Positions 9,351 to 21,230 of a stretch of DNA of 64,000 nt are shown piece after piece; within the stretch, counting starts at the first letter, position 1; each line of letters starts with the position of its first letter. The notes under the pieces were generated by a model. It had not been told where the DNA came from, ran no database searches, and worked only from the letters and a program-made list of their open reading frames with translations. Made by a program: the position numbers and the translations under genes. Source of the DNA: an uncultured delta proteobacterium. GTDB lineage: Bacteria; Desulfobacterota; Binatia; Bin18. Where the stretch lies: positions 1-64,000 of the forward strand of contig CAVTCR010000033.1 in the NCBI GenBank assembly GCA_963733195.1, given 5' to 3'.

Positions 9351-10386
9351 GTGTTACTCGCTGACTTCGATTACGATCTTCCGCCGGAGCTAATTGCCCA
9401 GGAACCAGTCCGAGAGCGGTCACTTTCGCGTCTGCTCGCGCTTGATCGCGTTTCTCGGCGAATGTCTCACTATCAGTTTTCTGACATTGTTCATCTCCTT
9501 CCTGAAGATTGTGTATTGGTGCTGAACGATACGAAAGTTTTTCCTGCTCGGCTGAGGGGTCATAAAGAGAGTGGTGGCCGTATAGAACTCCTCCTGTTAC
9601 GCCGCTTGCCTGGCGAAGAGGAAATCTGGGAGGTGATGTGCAAAGGTGCTCAGGGGATGAGCGTGGGCATGCAAATCTCTCTTGCTCCCGAACTATCGGC
9701 CACCTGGGTTTCAACGCCGCGTGATGGACGTGGGATGATTCGCTTCTCCGCGCGAGGGGAGTTCCTCGCCATACTTGAACGACTCGGCGAAATCCCGTTG
9801 CCGCCGTACATCAAACGTCCTCCAGGGAATCGACCAGAAGATACCGAACGCTATCAGACGGTGTATGCACGACACATGGGGGCTGTTGCTGCACCAACGG
9901 CAGGTCTGCATTTCACGCCGGAATTATTAACTGCGATACGACAGCGTGGCGTGGAGATTGCCTTCCTCACATTGCATGTCGGTGCCGGGACGTTTCAACC
10001 GATGCGGACGGAACAGGTTGAAGCCCACGTCATGGAGGAAGAGGAGTACGAGATTAATGAAGATGTCGCGCGACGTATAAACATGGCCAAGCAGTGCCGG
10101 TCGCAAAATTATTGCCGTGGGTACGACGAGCACGAGAGCCTTAGAGTCGGCGTGGAACGACGGGTACGTGCGATCTGGACGGCGTCGTTCATCACTCTTC
10201 ATGTATCCAGGATTCACGTTCCAGGTGATCGATGGACTGATTACCAATTTTCATTTGCCACGCTCAACGCTCTTGATGCTTGTATCAGCCTTTGCTGGCC
10301 GAGACCTCATCCTTGAGGCGTATCAGGAAGCCATCGCTCAGCGGTATCGATTTTATAGCTACGGTGATGCGATGCTGATTCTCTAA
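9351..10386 (+). CDS. queA: S-adenosylmethionine:tRNA ribosyltransferase-isomerase (frameshift ~10095)
   Basis: [60 protein letters not shown]. Confidence 0.97.
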
Positions 10387-10418
10387 TGGCGGTTGCAAGG
10401 TAGCGGAAAAACGACTAA

Positions 10419-11955
<1,537 letters not shown>

Positions 11956-11959
<4 letters not shown>

Positions 11960-13533
11960 TGCAAAAGGGGATTCTCTACCGGGCGCTGTTGATTCTCGCA
12001 CTGATTGTGTGGGCAATAGTGTATCTCGTGCCCTCGACGATGGAGAAGGTACCGGATTGGTGGTCATCGATATTGCCATCGCGCAAGATTCGTTTGGGGT
12101 TGGACCTTCGTGGTGGGACGCATCTCTTATTGAACATCGATATGGAGAAGGCCGTTGCCAATGCTTTGGATCAGAACGCCGAAGAACTCCGCCGGGCGAT
12201 GCGTGAGGCGAATATCTCTGGCGTAGAAGTTCAACGAGCAGAAAAATCGCTGCGGATTCGCGCGTCGACACAAGAGGCGAAGAATAGCGTTGAAAAGCTT
12301 CTTTCCGAACAGTTTCCTATTCTCGTAACCGAGGGAGCACCGACACCAGCAGAAGGAGAGATTGCCCTTGTCTTCGACAGACGTGAACTCCAACGCCTGC
12401 ATGAATATGCGCTTGACCAATCCCTCGAAACGATTCGTAACCGTATCGATCAGTTTGGTGTCTCCGAGCCCACGGTTCAACGACAAGGCAGTCAAGACAT
12501 TCTCGTTCAGCTCCCCGGCATCCAAGATACGGCTCGCGCCAAAGATCTTTTGAAGAAAGTCGCGGCCCTTGAGTTCAAGTTAGTAGCAACTGATGGGAAA
12601 GGAGGTGCGGAAGGGACGGTGAATCTCACTGGTCAAGAACGAGAGCCTCTTAGTGGGCAGATGCGCAAGATCGATTATACGCTAGAAAGAAAGACCCTCA
12701 TGACCGGAGATGTGGTATCGGACGCGCGCGTGCGCCCGAGTTCAGATCTTGAAGGGCCGTACGTTGAACTTGTCTTGAATGATAGTGGGGCACGGTTGTT
12801 TGAAAAAATTACCAGTGACAACGTTGGACGCCAACTCGCCATCATTCTTGATAACACGGTCTATTCGGCTCCGGTGATCCGCGAGAAAATCGGTGGCGGA
12901 CGAGCCTCGATTACTGGTAACTTCGATATCAAAGAAGCGCGGGATTTGGCTATTGTTTTGCGTGCTGGCGCGCTTCCTGCCCCAGTGACGATTGCAGAGG
13001 AACGTACGGTTGGTCCTTCGCTTGGAAAAGATTCTATTCGCCAAGGGATATTATCTTTTATGGTCGGAGGCGCCCTAATCATAGTGTTTATGATCCTGTA
13101 CTACAAATTTGCTGGCGTACTTGCTGATTTGGCTGTGATCCTTAACGTTTTGCTGTTGATGGCGGCGTTAGCTGCGTTTGAAGCAACGCTGACCTTACCT
13201 GGCATCGCTGGTATTGTTCTGACCGTCGGTATGGCGGTAGATGCCAACGTGCTGATTAACGAACGCATGCGTGAAGAGTTACGATTAGGAAAAAATGCCC
13301 GTGCAGCAATAGAGGCAGGCTATGAGCGAGCATTGCCGGCGATTCTCGACTCGAACATTACCACCTTTCTTTCCGGCCTCATCCTATTTCAGTTTGGCTC
13401 GGGACCGGTGAAAGGTTTTGCTGTCACATTGTGTATCGGTATCATCACGACCGTGTTTACCGCTGTGTTCTGTACGCGTGTGGTCTATGACTACCTGCTA
13501 GCGAATCGGCGGTTAACAACGCTTAGTGTGTAG
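11956..13533 (+). CDS. secD: Protein translocase subunit SecD
   Basis: LGLDLRGG, IRNRIDQFGVSEP, VGPSLG, GMAVDANVLINER. Confidence 0.98.
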
Positions 13534-13637
13534 AGTGGAACGATGAAGCAGAATTCAGAATGATGAACAGTAAAAAACGAGAATGGGTTTTCATTCACGT
13601 TCATTATTTCGCGTTCTGCATTTGGTGGTAGGGATGT

Positions 13638-14541
13638 ATGGAACTAATCAAGCCAAATACGAATTTCGATTTTGTCCACTATTTAAAACCCGCGATTGCG
13701 TTCTCGCTTGCGCTGATTCTTCTTGGCCTTGCCTCCTTATGGTATCACGGCGGACCTAATTACGGTGTCGATTTTGTTGGTGGCACCGTAGTGCATGTCA
13801 AATTTACTCAGCCCACAACCATTGCGGATATTCGTCAAGCGCTGGCAACCACGAATATCGAAGGGGGGACCGTCCAGGACTTCGGCCAGGGCGGCAATGA
13901 ATTCCTCATTCGCCTGCCGGTTGCCGAGGCTGACAACCGAAGATATTTCCACAAAAGTGCAACAAGGGTTAGTGAGTAAGTTTGGCGAACAGGCGTTTGA
14001 AGTCCGCCGTATTGAGACGGTTGGCCCCAAAGTGGGAAAAGATCTCCAACGAAAGGCGATCCTTGCCGTAGCAGTTTCTGCCCTCGTCATGGGAATCTAT
14101 GTTGCTGTTCGTTTTGAGCCGCGTTTTGGCATAGGGGCAGCGGTGGCACTCTTCCACGATGTCCTGATCACGGTTGGCGCGCTCTCGTTAATGAACATGG
14201 AATTTGATCTCACGGTTATTGCTGCGCTCCTCACGGTCATTGGTTTCTCGGTCAACGATACAGTGATCGTATGCGATCGCATTCGTGAGAATATGCGGAA
14301 AATGCGACGGGAAGGACTGCTGAACATTATTAATAAGAGTATCAATGAGACATTAAGCCGGACGATTATCACCAACGGAACCGCTATTCTGGTGGTCATT
14401 GTGCTATATTTTTTTGGCGGTGAGGTGATTCACAGCTTTGCTTTTGCATTGTTGGTTGGGTTTATTGTCGGAACTTATTCCTCCATCTATGTTGCCAGTC
14501 CGATTGTGTTGTTATGGGAGAAAGCAGGGCAACGAGCGTGA
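13638..14541 (+). CDS. secF: Protein translocase subunit SecF (frameshift ~13935)
   Basis: GVDFVGG, VGPKVG, IGFSVNDTVIVCDRIRE, GTYSSIYVA. Confidence 0.96.
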
Positions 14542-16301
14542 GTACGCTCACGCGGTCTCCTGCGCGACGTTGGGTGATGCGTTCTCCTGACCCTACGCAC
14601 GTTGCAGTACTTTGCTCACAGACGCAAACAGGGTCAGCCTCTATTTCTCCGTTCTTGGCGCGATTACTGGTGAATCGCGGCATCGATACCCAAGAGAAAG
14701 CCACGACATTTCTTGCGCCGTCCCTACGTAGCGGCCTCCGTTCTCCGCTGCTTTTTCCTGATATGGCCCGAGCGACTGAACGCATCTTACAGGCGCGCGC
14801 CCGCGGTGAGCAGGTCTATATTTACGGTGACTATGACGTTGACGGTGTCACTGGTAGTTCGCAGCTTTTATTGTTCCTGCGGGAAATCGGTTTTGATCCT
14901 GGACTGTACATTCCCCACCGCACGCGTGAAGGATATGGCCTCAATGCGCAGGCCATGCGGACGATCGCCGAGCGCGGTGCTAAAGTGCTCATCACCGCAG
15001 ATTGTGGCGCAACGGCCCACACGGAAATCGCTTTAGCCCAAAGCTTGGGTGTTGATGTCATCATCTGTGACCACCATCATGTTCCCGAACAGCGTCCGCC
15101 CGCGTACGCCGTTCTTAACCCCATGGAGAAAGACTGTGCGTTCTCGTTTACCGGTCTTTCTGGTGCTGGAGTGGTGTTCTACCTGCTGATGGGGTTGCGG
15201 ATGCGCCTGCGAGAACAAGGGATGGATCCGGTGCCCGATTTGCGACGCTATCTTGATCTCGTGACGTTAGGGACTGTCGCTGACCTAGTCCCGCTGGTGG
15301 AAGAGAATCGTGTCCTGGTGACACACGGACTGAAGGAAATCGATCGTGGGCAACGTGTTGGCATTCGTGTACTCAAAGAAGTCAGCGGACAAGCAGAGGT
15401 CTCAAGCAGTTACATCGGATTTCGTCTCGGGCCGCGGTTGAATGCTGGAGGAAGATTAGCTGAAGCGCAGAAAGCGGTTGAATTGTTAACGACTGAGGAT
15501 GAAGAGCGTGCTCGTACTCTTGCGATCGATCTGGATGGGGAGAACCGTGCTCGCCAGGGGATTGAGGAAAAGATTCTCAATCAAGCCGTCGAGAAAGTGG
15601 AAGCATGGTCTGACTTACCCGACCGTCGCAGTATCGTCCTCGCGTCTGACGAATGGCACCCGGGTGTTATCGGTATCGTGGCGTCACGGCTGGTTGAACG
15701 ATTTGCGCGTCCGACTTTTCTGATTGCTATCGATGGTGCGAAGGGTAAAGGTTCCGGACGGAGCCCAAAGGTCTTCCATCTATATGAAGGGTTGAAAGCG
15801 TGTGCAGAGGTGTTGGATGGCTATGGTGGTCATCGTCAGGCTGCCGGGCTTTCGATCCAAGCTGACCGCATTTCCGTTTTTGCCGAGAAATTCGAAGCTG
15901 CTGCACGTGCACGCCTATCCGCTGAAGATTTAGTATCGGAAATCGACGTGGATGACGAAGTCGACCTTGCGATGATGACGGCCCGAACCATGGATGAAGT
16001 CCGCTTGCTTGAGCCGTATGGCCAAGGAAATCCTGAACCAATCTTTCTTGCCCGTGAAGCTGAAGTCGTTTCTACGCGCGTGGTTGGTGCGAAACCCCTG
16101 TTAGGGAAGCCTGGACACCTTAAGCTTGTGCTCCGTTCCGGGAGAGGGGGACGGCCCCTGGACGCTATTGGTTTTGGTATGGGTGACTGGCCACTAAAAC
16201 CGCGAGCCCGGATTAATATGCTTTATACTCCGGAGATCAATGTGTGGAACGGAAACGCGAGTTTACAGCTCCGTTTACGTGATTTAAATTTGAGTAAGTA
16301 G
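14538..16301 (+). CDS. recJ: Single-stranded DNA-specific exonuclease RecJ
   Basis: YGDYDVDG, TADCG, CDHH, GTVADLVPL, PRLNAGGR, GGHRQAAG. Confidence 0.97.
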   Translation: MSTLTRSPARRWVMRSPDPTHVAVLCSQTQTGSASISPFLARLLVNRGIDTQEKATTFLAPSLRSGLRSPLLFPDMARATERILQARARGEQVYIYGDYDVDGVTGSSQLLLFLREIGFDPGLYIPHRTREGYGLNAQAMRTIAERGAKVLITADCGATAHTEIALAQSLGVDVIICDHHHVPEQRPPAYAVLNPMEKDCAFSFTGLSGAGVVFYLLMGLRMRLREQGMDPVPDLRRYLDLVTLGTVADLVPLVEENRVLVTHGLKEIDRGQRVGIRVLKEVSGQAEVSSSYIGFRLGPRLNAGGRLAEAQKAVELLTTEDEERARTLAIDLDGENRARQGIEEKILNQAVEKVEAWSDLPDRRSIVLASDEWHPGVIGIVASRLVERFARPTFLIAIDGAKGKGSGRSPKVFHLYEGLKACAEVLDGYGGHRQAAGLSIQADRISVFAEKFEAAARARLSAEDLVSEIDVDDEVDLAMMTARTMDEVRLLEPYGQGNPEPIFLAREAEVVSTRVVGAKPLLGKPGHLKLVLRSGRGGRPLDAIGFGMGDWPLKPRARINMLYTPEINVWNGNASLQLRLRDLNLSK

Positions 16302-16318
16302 TTGAAATTCCAAATATA

Positions 16319-16555
16319 TTGACCGTTTTGTGGACGTATGGCATACTCGCCGGAAAATTTTTCGATGAACCGAGCTTTGTTGTGGTCGAGAAAGACAACT
16401 CCCTACTCCATAGCCGGCAAGCAACCGAACTGCTCGACCTCAGTCCTGATACGGTCAATGAACTCGCTAGTAAGAATACATTACCTGCCGTTAAACGCGG
16501 ACGACAATGGCGTTTTCGTCGCCGCGATATCTCGTCCCTTAAGAGGCAAATGTAG
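16319..16555 (+). CDS. Excisionase-like helix-turn-helix protein (HTH_17); true start probably ~16382
   Basis: LLHSRQATELLDLSPDTVNELASKNTLPAVKRGRQWRF pattern. Confidence 0.7.
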   Translation: MTVLWTYGILAGKFFDEPSFVVVEKDNSLLHSRQATELLDLSPDTVNELASKNTLPAVKRGRQWRFRRRDISSLKRQM

Positions 16556-16590
16556 GAACGGGCGGCAGCGTAAGCCGTCGGGGAGGGTAC

Positions 16591-17280
16591 GTGATTTCCG
16601 CTAGAAGAGAGAGAGAACTAAGGAATCCTCACGAAAGTAAGATCTATTCTGACTTTTCACACCTGTACGAGAAGATCTTTTCACCGTTTTTTGAGAAACG
16701 GATTCATGGGGTAATTAAGAGCTTGCAGATCCCGCCCGGAGCCAAAGTGCTTGAAGTTGGTATCGGGACCGGCCTGTCGATGGCAGCATATCCTGCTCAC
16801 TGCGAAGTCACTGGTGTTGATCTCGCTGCCGACATGCTTGAAAAAGCCCAACAGAAAGCCGATGAGAATGGGTGGCGCCATTTCCGTTTGCTGGAGATGG
16901 ATGCGCTCAATCTGACCTTTCTAGATAATTCATTTGACTATGTCCTGTCGTTTCATGTTATAAGTGTGGTTCCAGATCCGGCGCGCATGATGCACGAGAT
17001 TCACCGTGTCTGTAAACCGGGCGGTTCGGTAGTCATCATCAATCACTTCCGCTCGACCAAGCCGGTAATTGGACCACTAGTTGGGGCTCTGACGCCGATT
17101 ACTCGCCATCTCGGATGGGATGCCTCGCTTCGGCTTTCCGAAGCTTTTGCTGGGGTTCCGGTACACATTGAGAAGTGTTTTAAGACCTCACCGTTCTCGC
17201 TGTTTACCGTGGTGGTAGCACAGAACCAGAAACCCACGACGAACGGAGCAACTCACTATCATCAGCATCATCAGCTGTAA
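16591..17280 (+). CDS. Class I SAM methyltransferase (PmtA-like phospholipid N-methyltransferase)
   Basis: VLEVGIGTG, ISVVPDP, RVCKPGG..VIINHF. Confidence 0.8.
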   Translation: MISARRERELRNPHESKIYSDFSHLYEKIFSPFFEKRIHGVIKSLQIPPGAKVLEVGIGTGLSMAAYPAHCEVTGVDLAADMLEKAQQKADENGWRHFRLLEMDALNLTFLDNSFDYVLSFHVISVVPDPARMMHEIHRVCKPGGSVVIINHFRSTKPVIGPLVGALTPITRHLGWDASLRLSEAFAGVPVHIEKCFKTSPFSLFTVVVAQNQKPTTNGATHYHQHHQL

Positions 17281-17300
17281 GGACGGGGCAACCCGTCCTT
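17279..17300. terminator. Hairpin between convergent genes
   Basis: AAGGACGGG-GCAA-CCCGTCCTT. Confidence 0.6.
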
Positions 17301-17312
17301 ACTTGCCGAGAG

Positions 17313-17648
17313 CTACGCGAGAGGTACTACCGCTGTAATTGCCGGTCCACTTCCGACCACTCGGGTCGTATGCCCCGGACCGGTGAGGTCTTCAGCGAGA
17401 GTGGCATCGCCAGGGTTCAGCCGTTTTACTGTTCCATCTTTGAACCCGAGCTCAAGTTGTCCGGTGAACACGATCACATATTGTCGCCGCGGGGCTGGAT
17501 GCCAGTCCATGAACGTTCCGGTAGGAAGCTCGCGAAACTGGATATGGACGGTTGAACGTGCTTCGCCCAGAATTGGATGAGCGGCAATGGACTGTTCTTC
17601 AAGGTGAGACTGCCCATCACTACCTGTATACATACGAAAGATGGCCAT
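17313..17648 (-). CDS. Cupin-like protein
   Basis: YTGSDGQSH, WHPAPRRQY, AEDLTGPGH; paralog of 23057-23449. Confidence 0.8.
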   Translation of the reverse strand: MAIFRMYTGSDGQSHLEEQSIAAHPILGEARSTVHIQFRELPTGTFMDWHPAPRRQYVIVFTGQLELGFKDGTVKRLNPGDATLAEDLTGPGHTTRVVGSGPAITAVVPLA

Positions 17649-17690
17649 AGTGGTCCTCCTTTACTCGTGTCAGTTTGTTAGTGCCTATGG

Positions 17691-17715
17691 GTCAGGTGCA
17701 ATGGCTCAGTTAGAC
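17691..17715 (-). other. Truncated attC (left half only)
   Basis: GTCTAAC-TGAGCCATTGCACCTGAC just after the cassette gene stop; GTCTAAC complements the GTTAGAC at the cassette start (18744-18750). Confidence 0.55.
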
Positions 17716-17747
17716 ATGGCCAGTTGGGGCAGCTGCATCCGCAGTCG

Positions 17748-18170
17748 CTATGACGGATAATAGAACCCATCAGTACGAATTGATTCCAGGGCTTTTGTCA
17801 GCGTAAGCTCCTGCTCCACTTCCACCCATTTCCCGGTGTGCCGCATGAACGAGAGATTGAACCGGTTCCCTCCAACGTACTCGAGGCGAGTGAACGGAGC
17901 CTCGAAGAACGGTGAGATCGCCGTCGGGCCTGGGCACGCGTACTTTGCCACGAGATAGAAATAGTTCCGATGCCACTTCGTGAACAAGTCAACAATATAG
18001 TTGAAGTGATGGCCCTCCAGCGATTCCTTGACATATTGTGGCTTCCACTCGTCAATGAGCCTTTGACCCTGTTGAGATACTTCGGTCTTTACTGCTTCAG
18101 GAACTTTTGCCTTTGGGGCGGAGCGCGGCGCATAGACCCACATTTTGGGCGGGAGTTTTCGTTTTGCCAT
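17748..18170 (-). CDS. Cassette-borne hypothetical protein (DUF3024-like)
   Basis: FTRLEY..FNLSFMRHTGKW motif; lies between att sites. Confidence 0.7.
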   Translation of the reverse strand: MAKRKLPPKMWVYAPRSAPKAKVPEAVKTEVSQQGQRLIDEWKPQYVKESLEGHHFNYIVDLFTKWHRNYFYLVAKYACPGPTAISPFFEAPFTRLEYVGGNRFNLSFMRHTGKWVEVEQELTLTKALESIRTDGFYYPS

Positions 18171-18403
18171 ACTGACTCCAACGCACTGACCTACCAAGTC
18201 ACTATGAGTATCAGCACTCCGCTGCCAACGCACAAGACCACGTCTATCACCTCTCGCTCACCCTGTGGCCCTCCGTGTGCTTGCGCGTTCACTCAGAACC
18301 GCCACTGGGCCACGCTCATGTGTGAGGCGGCGTTCTCGTCCCAACAAGCCCGTAGATTGTGGGGACCGTGCTGACCATAAACTCAACTCTTGGCGAAAGC
18401 CTC

Positions 18404-18667
18404 TCACAGCTTCCCCTTGTACTTTGAGGACCACCCAAACAATGCTCTCAGCTTCTGCCCAGGATTGAATTTAAATGCCGTGCTCTCTCGCCTCCGATCC
18501 AGATAGAAGCCGCCAAACCCTGCAAATGAAATCCCTTTGCCAGACTTGAACACCTGATACATTGCTTCCAGTGTCGCATCAAGCCAGGCCTCCGCTGTTG
18601 CTTCATCTGTCCCCATCTTTTTAGCGAGGCGCCGAACAAACTCTTCCTTCTTGATGTGTTCGGCCAT
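18404..18667 (-). CDS. HU-like DNA-binding protein (cassette-borne, short arm)
   Basis: KEEFVRRLA...GISFAGFGGF...FKFNPGQKLR. Confidence 0.8.
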   Translation of the reverse strand: MAEHIKKEEFVRRLAKKMGTDEATAEAWLDATLEAMYQVFKSGKGISFAGFGGFYLDRRRESTAFKFNPGQKLRALFGWSSKYKGKL

Positions 18668-18743
18668 GTCAATTTCGCTCCTCTGTGACGCCGCATAAAT
18701 AACAAGGGCTTGCTCACCACCCAAGAGCACGTTGCAAACCAGC

Positions 18744-18835
18744 GTCTAACGCGCCGGCTGAGCGCCCGGCGGCCACTGTCGTTTGCTCAGAGTACGTCGC
18801 CTCACCGCCGGTGCGCCTCCAGCCGGTTGTTAGCG
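18744..18835 (-). other. attC recombination site
   Basis: Minus strand: CGCTAAC-AA-CCGGCTGGAG...CTCAGCCGG-CGC-GTTAGAC; paired arms with extrahelical G, 92 bp, 11 bp after the antitoxin stop. Confidence 0.9.
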
Positions 18836-18846
18836 CCCTCTGCTCC

Positions 18847-19146
18847 TTACGCTGCCTTTGCCGTGAGCTTCACCCCAAGCGCCCGCGCGACTTTGAGTAC
18901 GGTGTCGAAGCGAGGTTTTGCTCCAGGGGCAAGCGCTTTGTACAAACTCTCCCGCCCGAGCCCCGTTTCTTTGGCAATTTGAGACATCCCGCGTGCTCGC
19001 GCGATGTCTCCGAGCGCGAGGAGCAAGAGGTCTGGCTCATTCGCCTCAAGCACGGCCGTCATGTACTCGGCGATGGCTGCCTCGTCAGTGAGGTAGCGCG
19101 CGGCGTCAAACGGGAGAAGCTTACGAGGGGTCTTGGCTTTCTTCAT
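18847..19146 (-). CDS. Addiction module antitoxin (HigA/HI1420-like HTH)
   Basis: FDAARYL..ALGDIARARGMSQIAKETGLGRESLYKAL..PRFDTV. Confidence 0.9.
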   Translation of the reverse strand: MKKAKTPRKLLPFDAARYLTDEAAIAEYMTAVLEANEPDLLLLALGDIARARGMSQIAKETGLGRESLYKALAPGAKPRFDTVLKVARALGVKLTAKAA

Positions 19147-19445
19147 AGGTCGTCTCCGATCTCGCTAGAGATACCCTTGGCGCGCTTAATGTCTCGCCTC
19201 TGTGTGGATTTGTCACCGCCGCAAAGAAGGACAATCACCACACTCCGGCGGCGGGTAAAGTACAGACGATACCCCGGCCCGACGTCGACGCGCATCTCGG
19301 ATACGTCACCGCCCACTGGAGCCCAGTCTCCGAGATTGCCGGCTTCAGCAAGGCGAAGGCGCGCAGCAATTCGAACCTGTGCCCGTTTGTCTCGAAGCCC
19401 GTCAAGCCAGGTCTGGAACTCTTCTGTCTGACGGACGATAAACAT
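19143..19445 (-). CDS. RelE/ParE-family toxin (HigB/HI1419-like)
   Basis: FQTWLDGLRD..GNLGD..VGGDVSEMRVDVGPGYRLYF..LLCGGDKSTQ. Confidence 0.92.
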   Translation of the reverse strand: MFIVRQTEEFQTWLDGLRDKRAQVRIAARLRLAEAGNLGDWAPVGGDVSEMRVDVGPGYRLYFTRRRSVVIVLLCGGDKSTQRRDIKRAKGISSEIGDDL

Positions 19446-19449
19446 CGAC

Positions 19450-19479
19450 CATACGTATCCGATCGGATACGTATGTCAA
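19450..19479 (-). promoter_or_regulatory. TA promoter/operator, perfect 26-bp palindrome
   Basis: CATACGTATCCGATCGGATACGTATG (19450-19475) overlapping TTGACA. Confidence 0.8.
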
Positions 19480-19761
19480 GCGGGATGCCCATCCTGGGGC
19501 ACTAGCACTTCTCCTCTCTGGTTCCACATAAAAGTCCAATTGCAGAAAACCCACGGCGACAGCGAATACCCCACGTTCTCATTCCGTGGGAGTAGTTAGA
19601 GAGGCAATTAAATCGTACCGCTCTTGGATCGTTACCCCCGGTGGATACACCATCCAATGCTGGGCCGAGCGCGTCCACACATGCACTCGAAGCGCTCTCC
19701 GAGGCGCTGGACATCGAAAGATTCCGTTGCACTCTTCTGTCTTCCTTTCTTGAGTTTGTCG

Positions 19762-19985
19762 GTCTAACTAGTGGGTTTACTGCCACCTAACCGGCAGTAT
19801 ATCTCGATATTGAGATTCCCCGCCATCCCAAGAAAATCTCTCGCAGTATCCGCTCGGTCCACGCATTTTGTCAAGCCTTTTCTCAGCAGCAAACACTGCC
19901 AGTTTGGCGGTATATCCAGATACCAGCCCGCGGTATATCCCACGTATATCTCACTGGCCGTATATCCCGATATCAGCCCGCAGTC
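19762..19985 (-). other. Putative attI site of integron B with GTATATC repeat array and Pc-like promoter
   Basis: CACTAGTTAGAC (GTTRRRY); GTATATC at 19797, 19910, 19933, 19944, 19960; TTGACA (19869-19874)-N18-GATACT facing the cassettes. Confidence 0.7.
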
Positions 19986-20005
19986 GGTCGCCATCCTTCT
20001 CCGCG

Positions 20006-21094
20006 CTACAGCCGGTCGGCCGGACTCTTTACCCCTCGCCCGCCACGATTCAGCACGTGGGTATACACCATTGTCGTGTTGACATCCTTGTGCCCTAGTA
20101 GTTCCTGCACAGTGCGAATGTCATACCCATCTTCCAGTAAGTGCGTTGCAAACGAATGGCGAAACGTGTGACATCCCGCATGCTTGGCTACTCCAGATTT
20201 TTGACATGCCGTTTTGACCGCTTTCTGGAGCACCGATTCATGCAGATGGTGGCGGCGCAGCTTGCCTGAGCACGGATCGATGGCGAGCTTGGAGGCCGGA
20301 AACACAAACTGCCACCCCCACTCCTGCGGAGCGTTCGGATATTTCTTCTCTAATGCATTTGGTAAGGACGCCCCACCTTGTCCGTGTTCCAGGTCTCGTT
20401 GATAGCGTATTTTCACTCGTTCAAGATGTTGGCGTAGTGGTTCCACCACAGAACTCGGTAACATGGTTACGCGATCCTTGTCACCTTTCCCGGCGCGCAC
20501 GGTAATCTGATTGTGGCCAAAGTCGATCTCTTGTACGCGTAAGCGAAGACATTCCATCAGCCGGAGCCCAGCACCGTAGAGGAGTGTGACCATCACCCAC
20601 TCAACGCCTTCAAGACCATCAACAATGGCACGCACTTCTTGCCGAGTAAGGACCACCGGTAGACGGTGTGGCCTTTTGGCCCGCACCACGCCGTTGATGT
20701 AGCCAACCGGTTGCTCCAACACCGCGCGATAGAGAAACAACAAGGCATTTAAAGCTTGATTTTGTGTCGAGGCGCTTACCTGTGATTCTGTAGCCAGAGC
20801 GGAGAGAAATTGCCCGATCTCGATCTCTCCCATCTCTCGTGGATGACGTTTTCCATGAAAGAAAATGAAGCGTTTGATCCAGTGCATGTACGCTTTTTCA
20901 GTCCGCAGACTATAGTGCCGCGTGCGCATCGCCCCGCGGACTTGGTCAAGGAGCTTGGGCTTGGGCCCTTCTGACGAAGGCGGAGTCAAGTTACCAAACC
21001 GAACTGGGGACGGGGAATAGGGTGATGGGGATGGATTGCGTTGTGCGTGAGACTGCCGCTCGCCTCGAGGCACGACGGACAAGTAGGTAGGCAT
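20006..21094 (-). CDS. intI: Integron integrase B (intact)
   Basis: R-K-HxxR-H-Y catalytic set plus integron patch [20 protein letters not shown]...RRHHLHES. Confidence 0.97.
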   Translation of the reverse strand: MPTYLSVVPRGERQSHAQRNPSPSPYSPSPVRFGNLTPPSSEGPKPKLLDQVRGAMRTRHYSLRTEKAYMHWIKRFIFFHGKRHPREMGEIEIGQFLSALATESQVSASTQNQALNALLFLYRAVLEQPVGYINGVVRAKRPHRLPVVLTRQEVRAIVDGLEGVEWVMVTLLYGAGLRLMECLRLRVQEIDFGHNQITVRAGKGDKDRVTMLPSSVVEPLRQHLERVKIRYQRDLEHGQGGASLPNALEKKYPNAPQEWGWQFVFPASKLAIDPCSGKLRRHHLHESVLQKAVKTACQKSGVAKHAGCHTFRHSFATHLLEDGYDIRTVQELLGHKDVNTTMVYTHVLNRGGRGVKSPADRL

Positions 21095-21114
21095 AATCCC
21101 CTCCTTTCTAGGAG

Positions 21115-21147
21115 GGCGAATATAAAGCGAAGAAAAAATTGCGTCAA
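21115..21147 (-). promoter_or_regulatory. intI-B promoter with TTCGC-N6-TTCGC repeat
   Basis: TTGACG-N17-TATATT, same block as 9091-9107. Confidence 0.7.
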
Positions 21148-21230
21148 GACGCTATCATCGAAAACATCTTCCCGCCTTTGCGTTTCTTGGAGGAGTTGCT
21201 TACTGTACCGGAAAAAGAGGAGGAACACGT

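Noticed and set aside
19499-19601. Possible degenerate attC (CTCTAAC...GCTAGTG) closing a first short cassette
   Set aside because: Arms pair poorly and the right core is not GTTRRRY; not reported as a feature.
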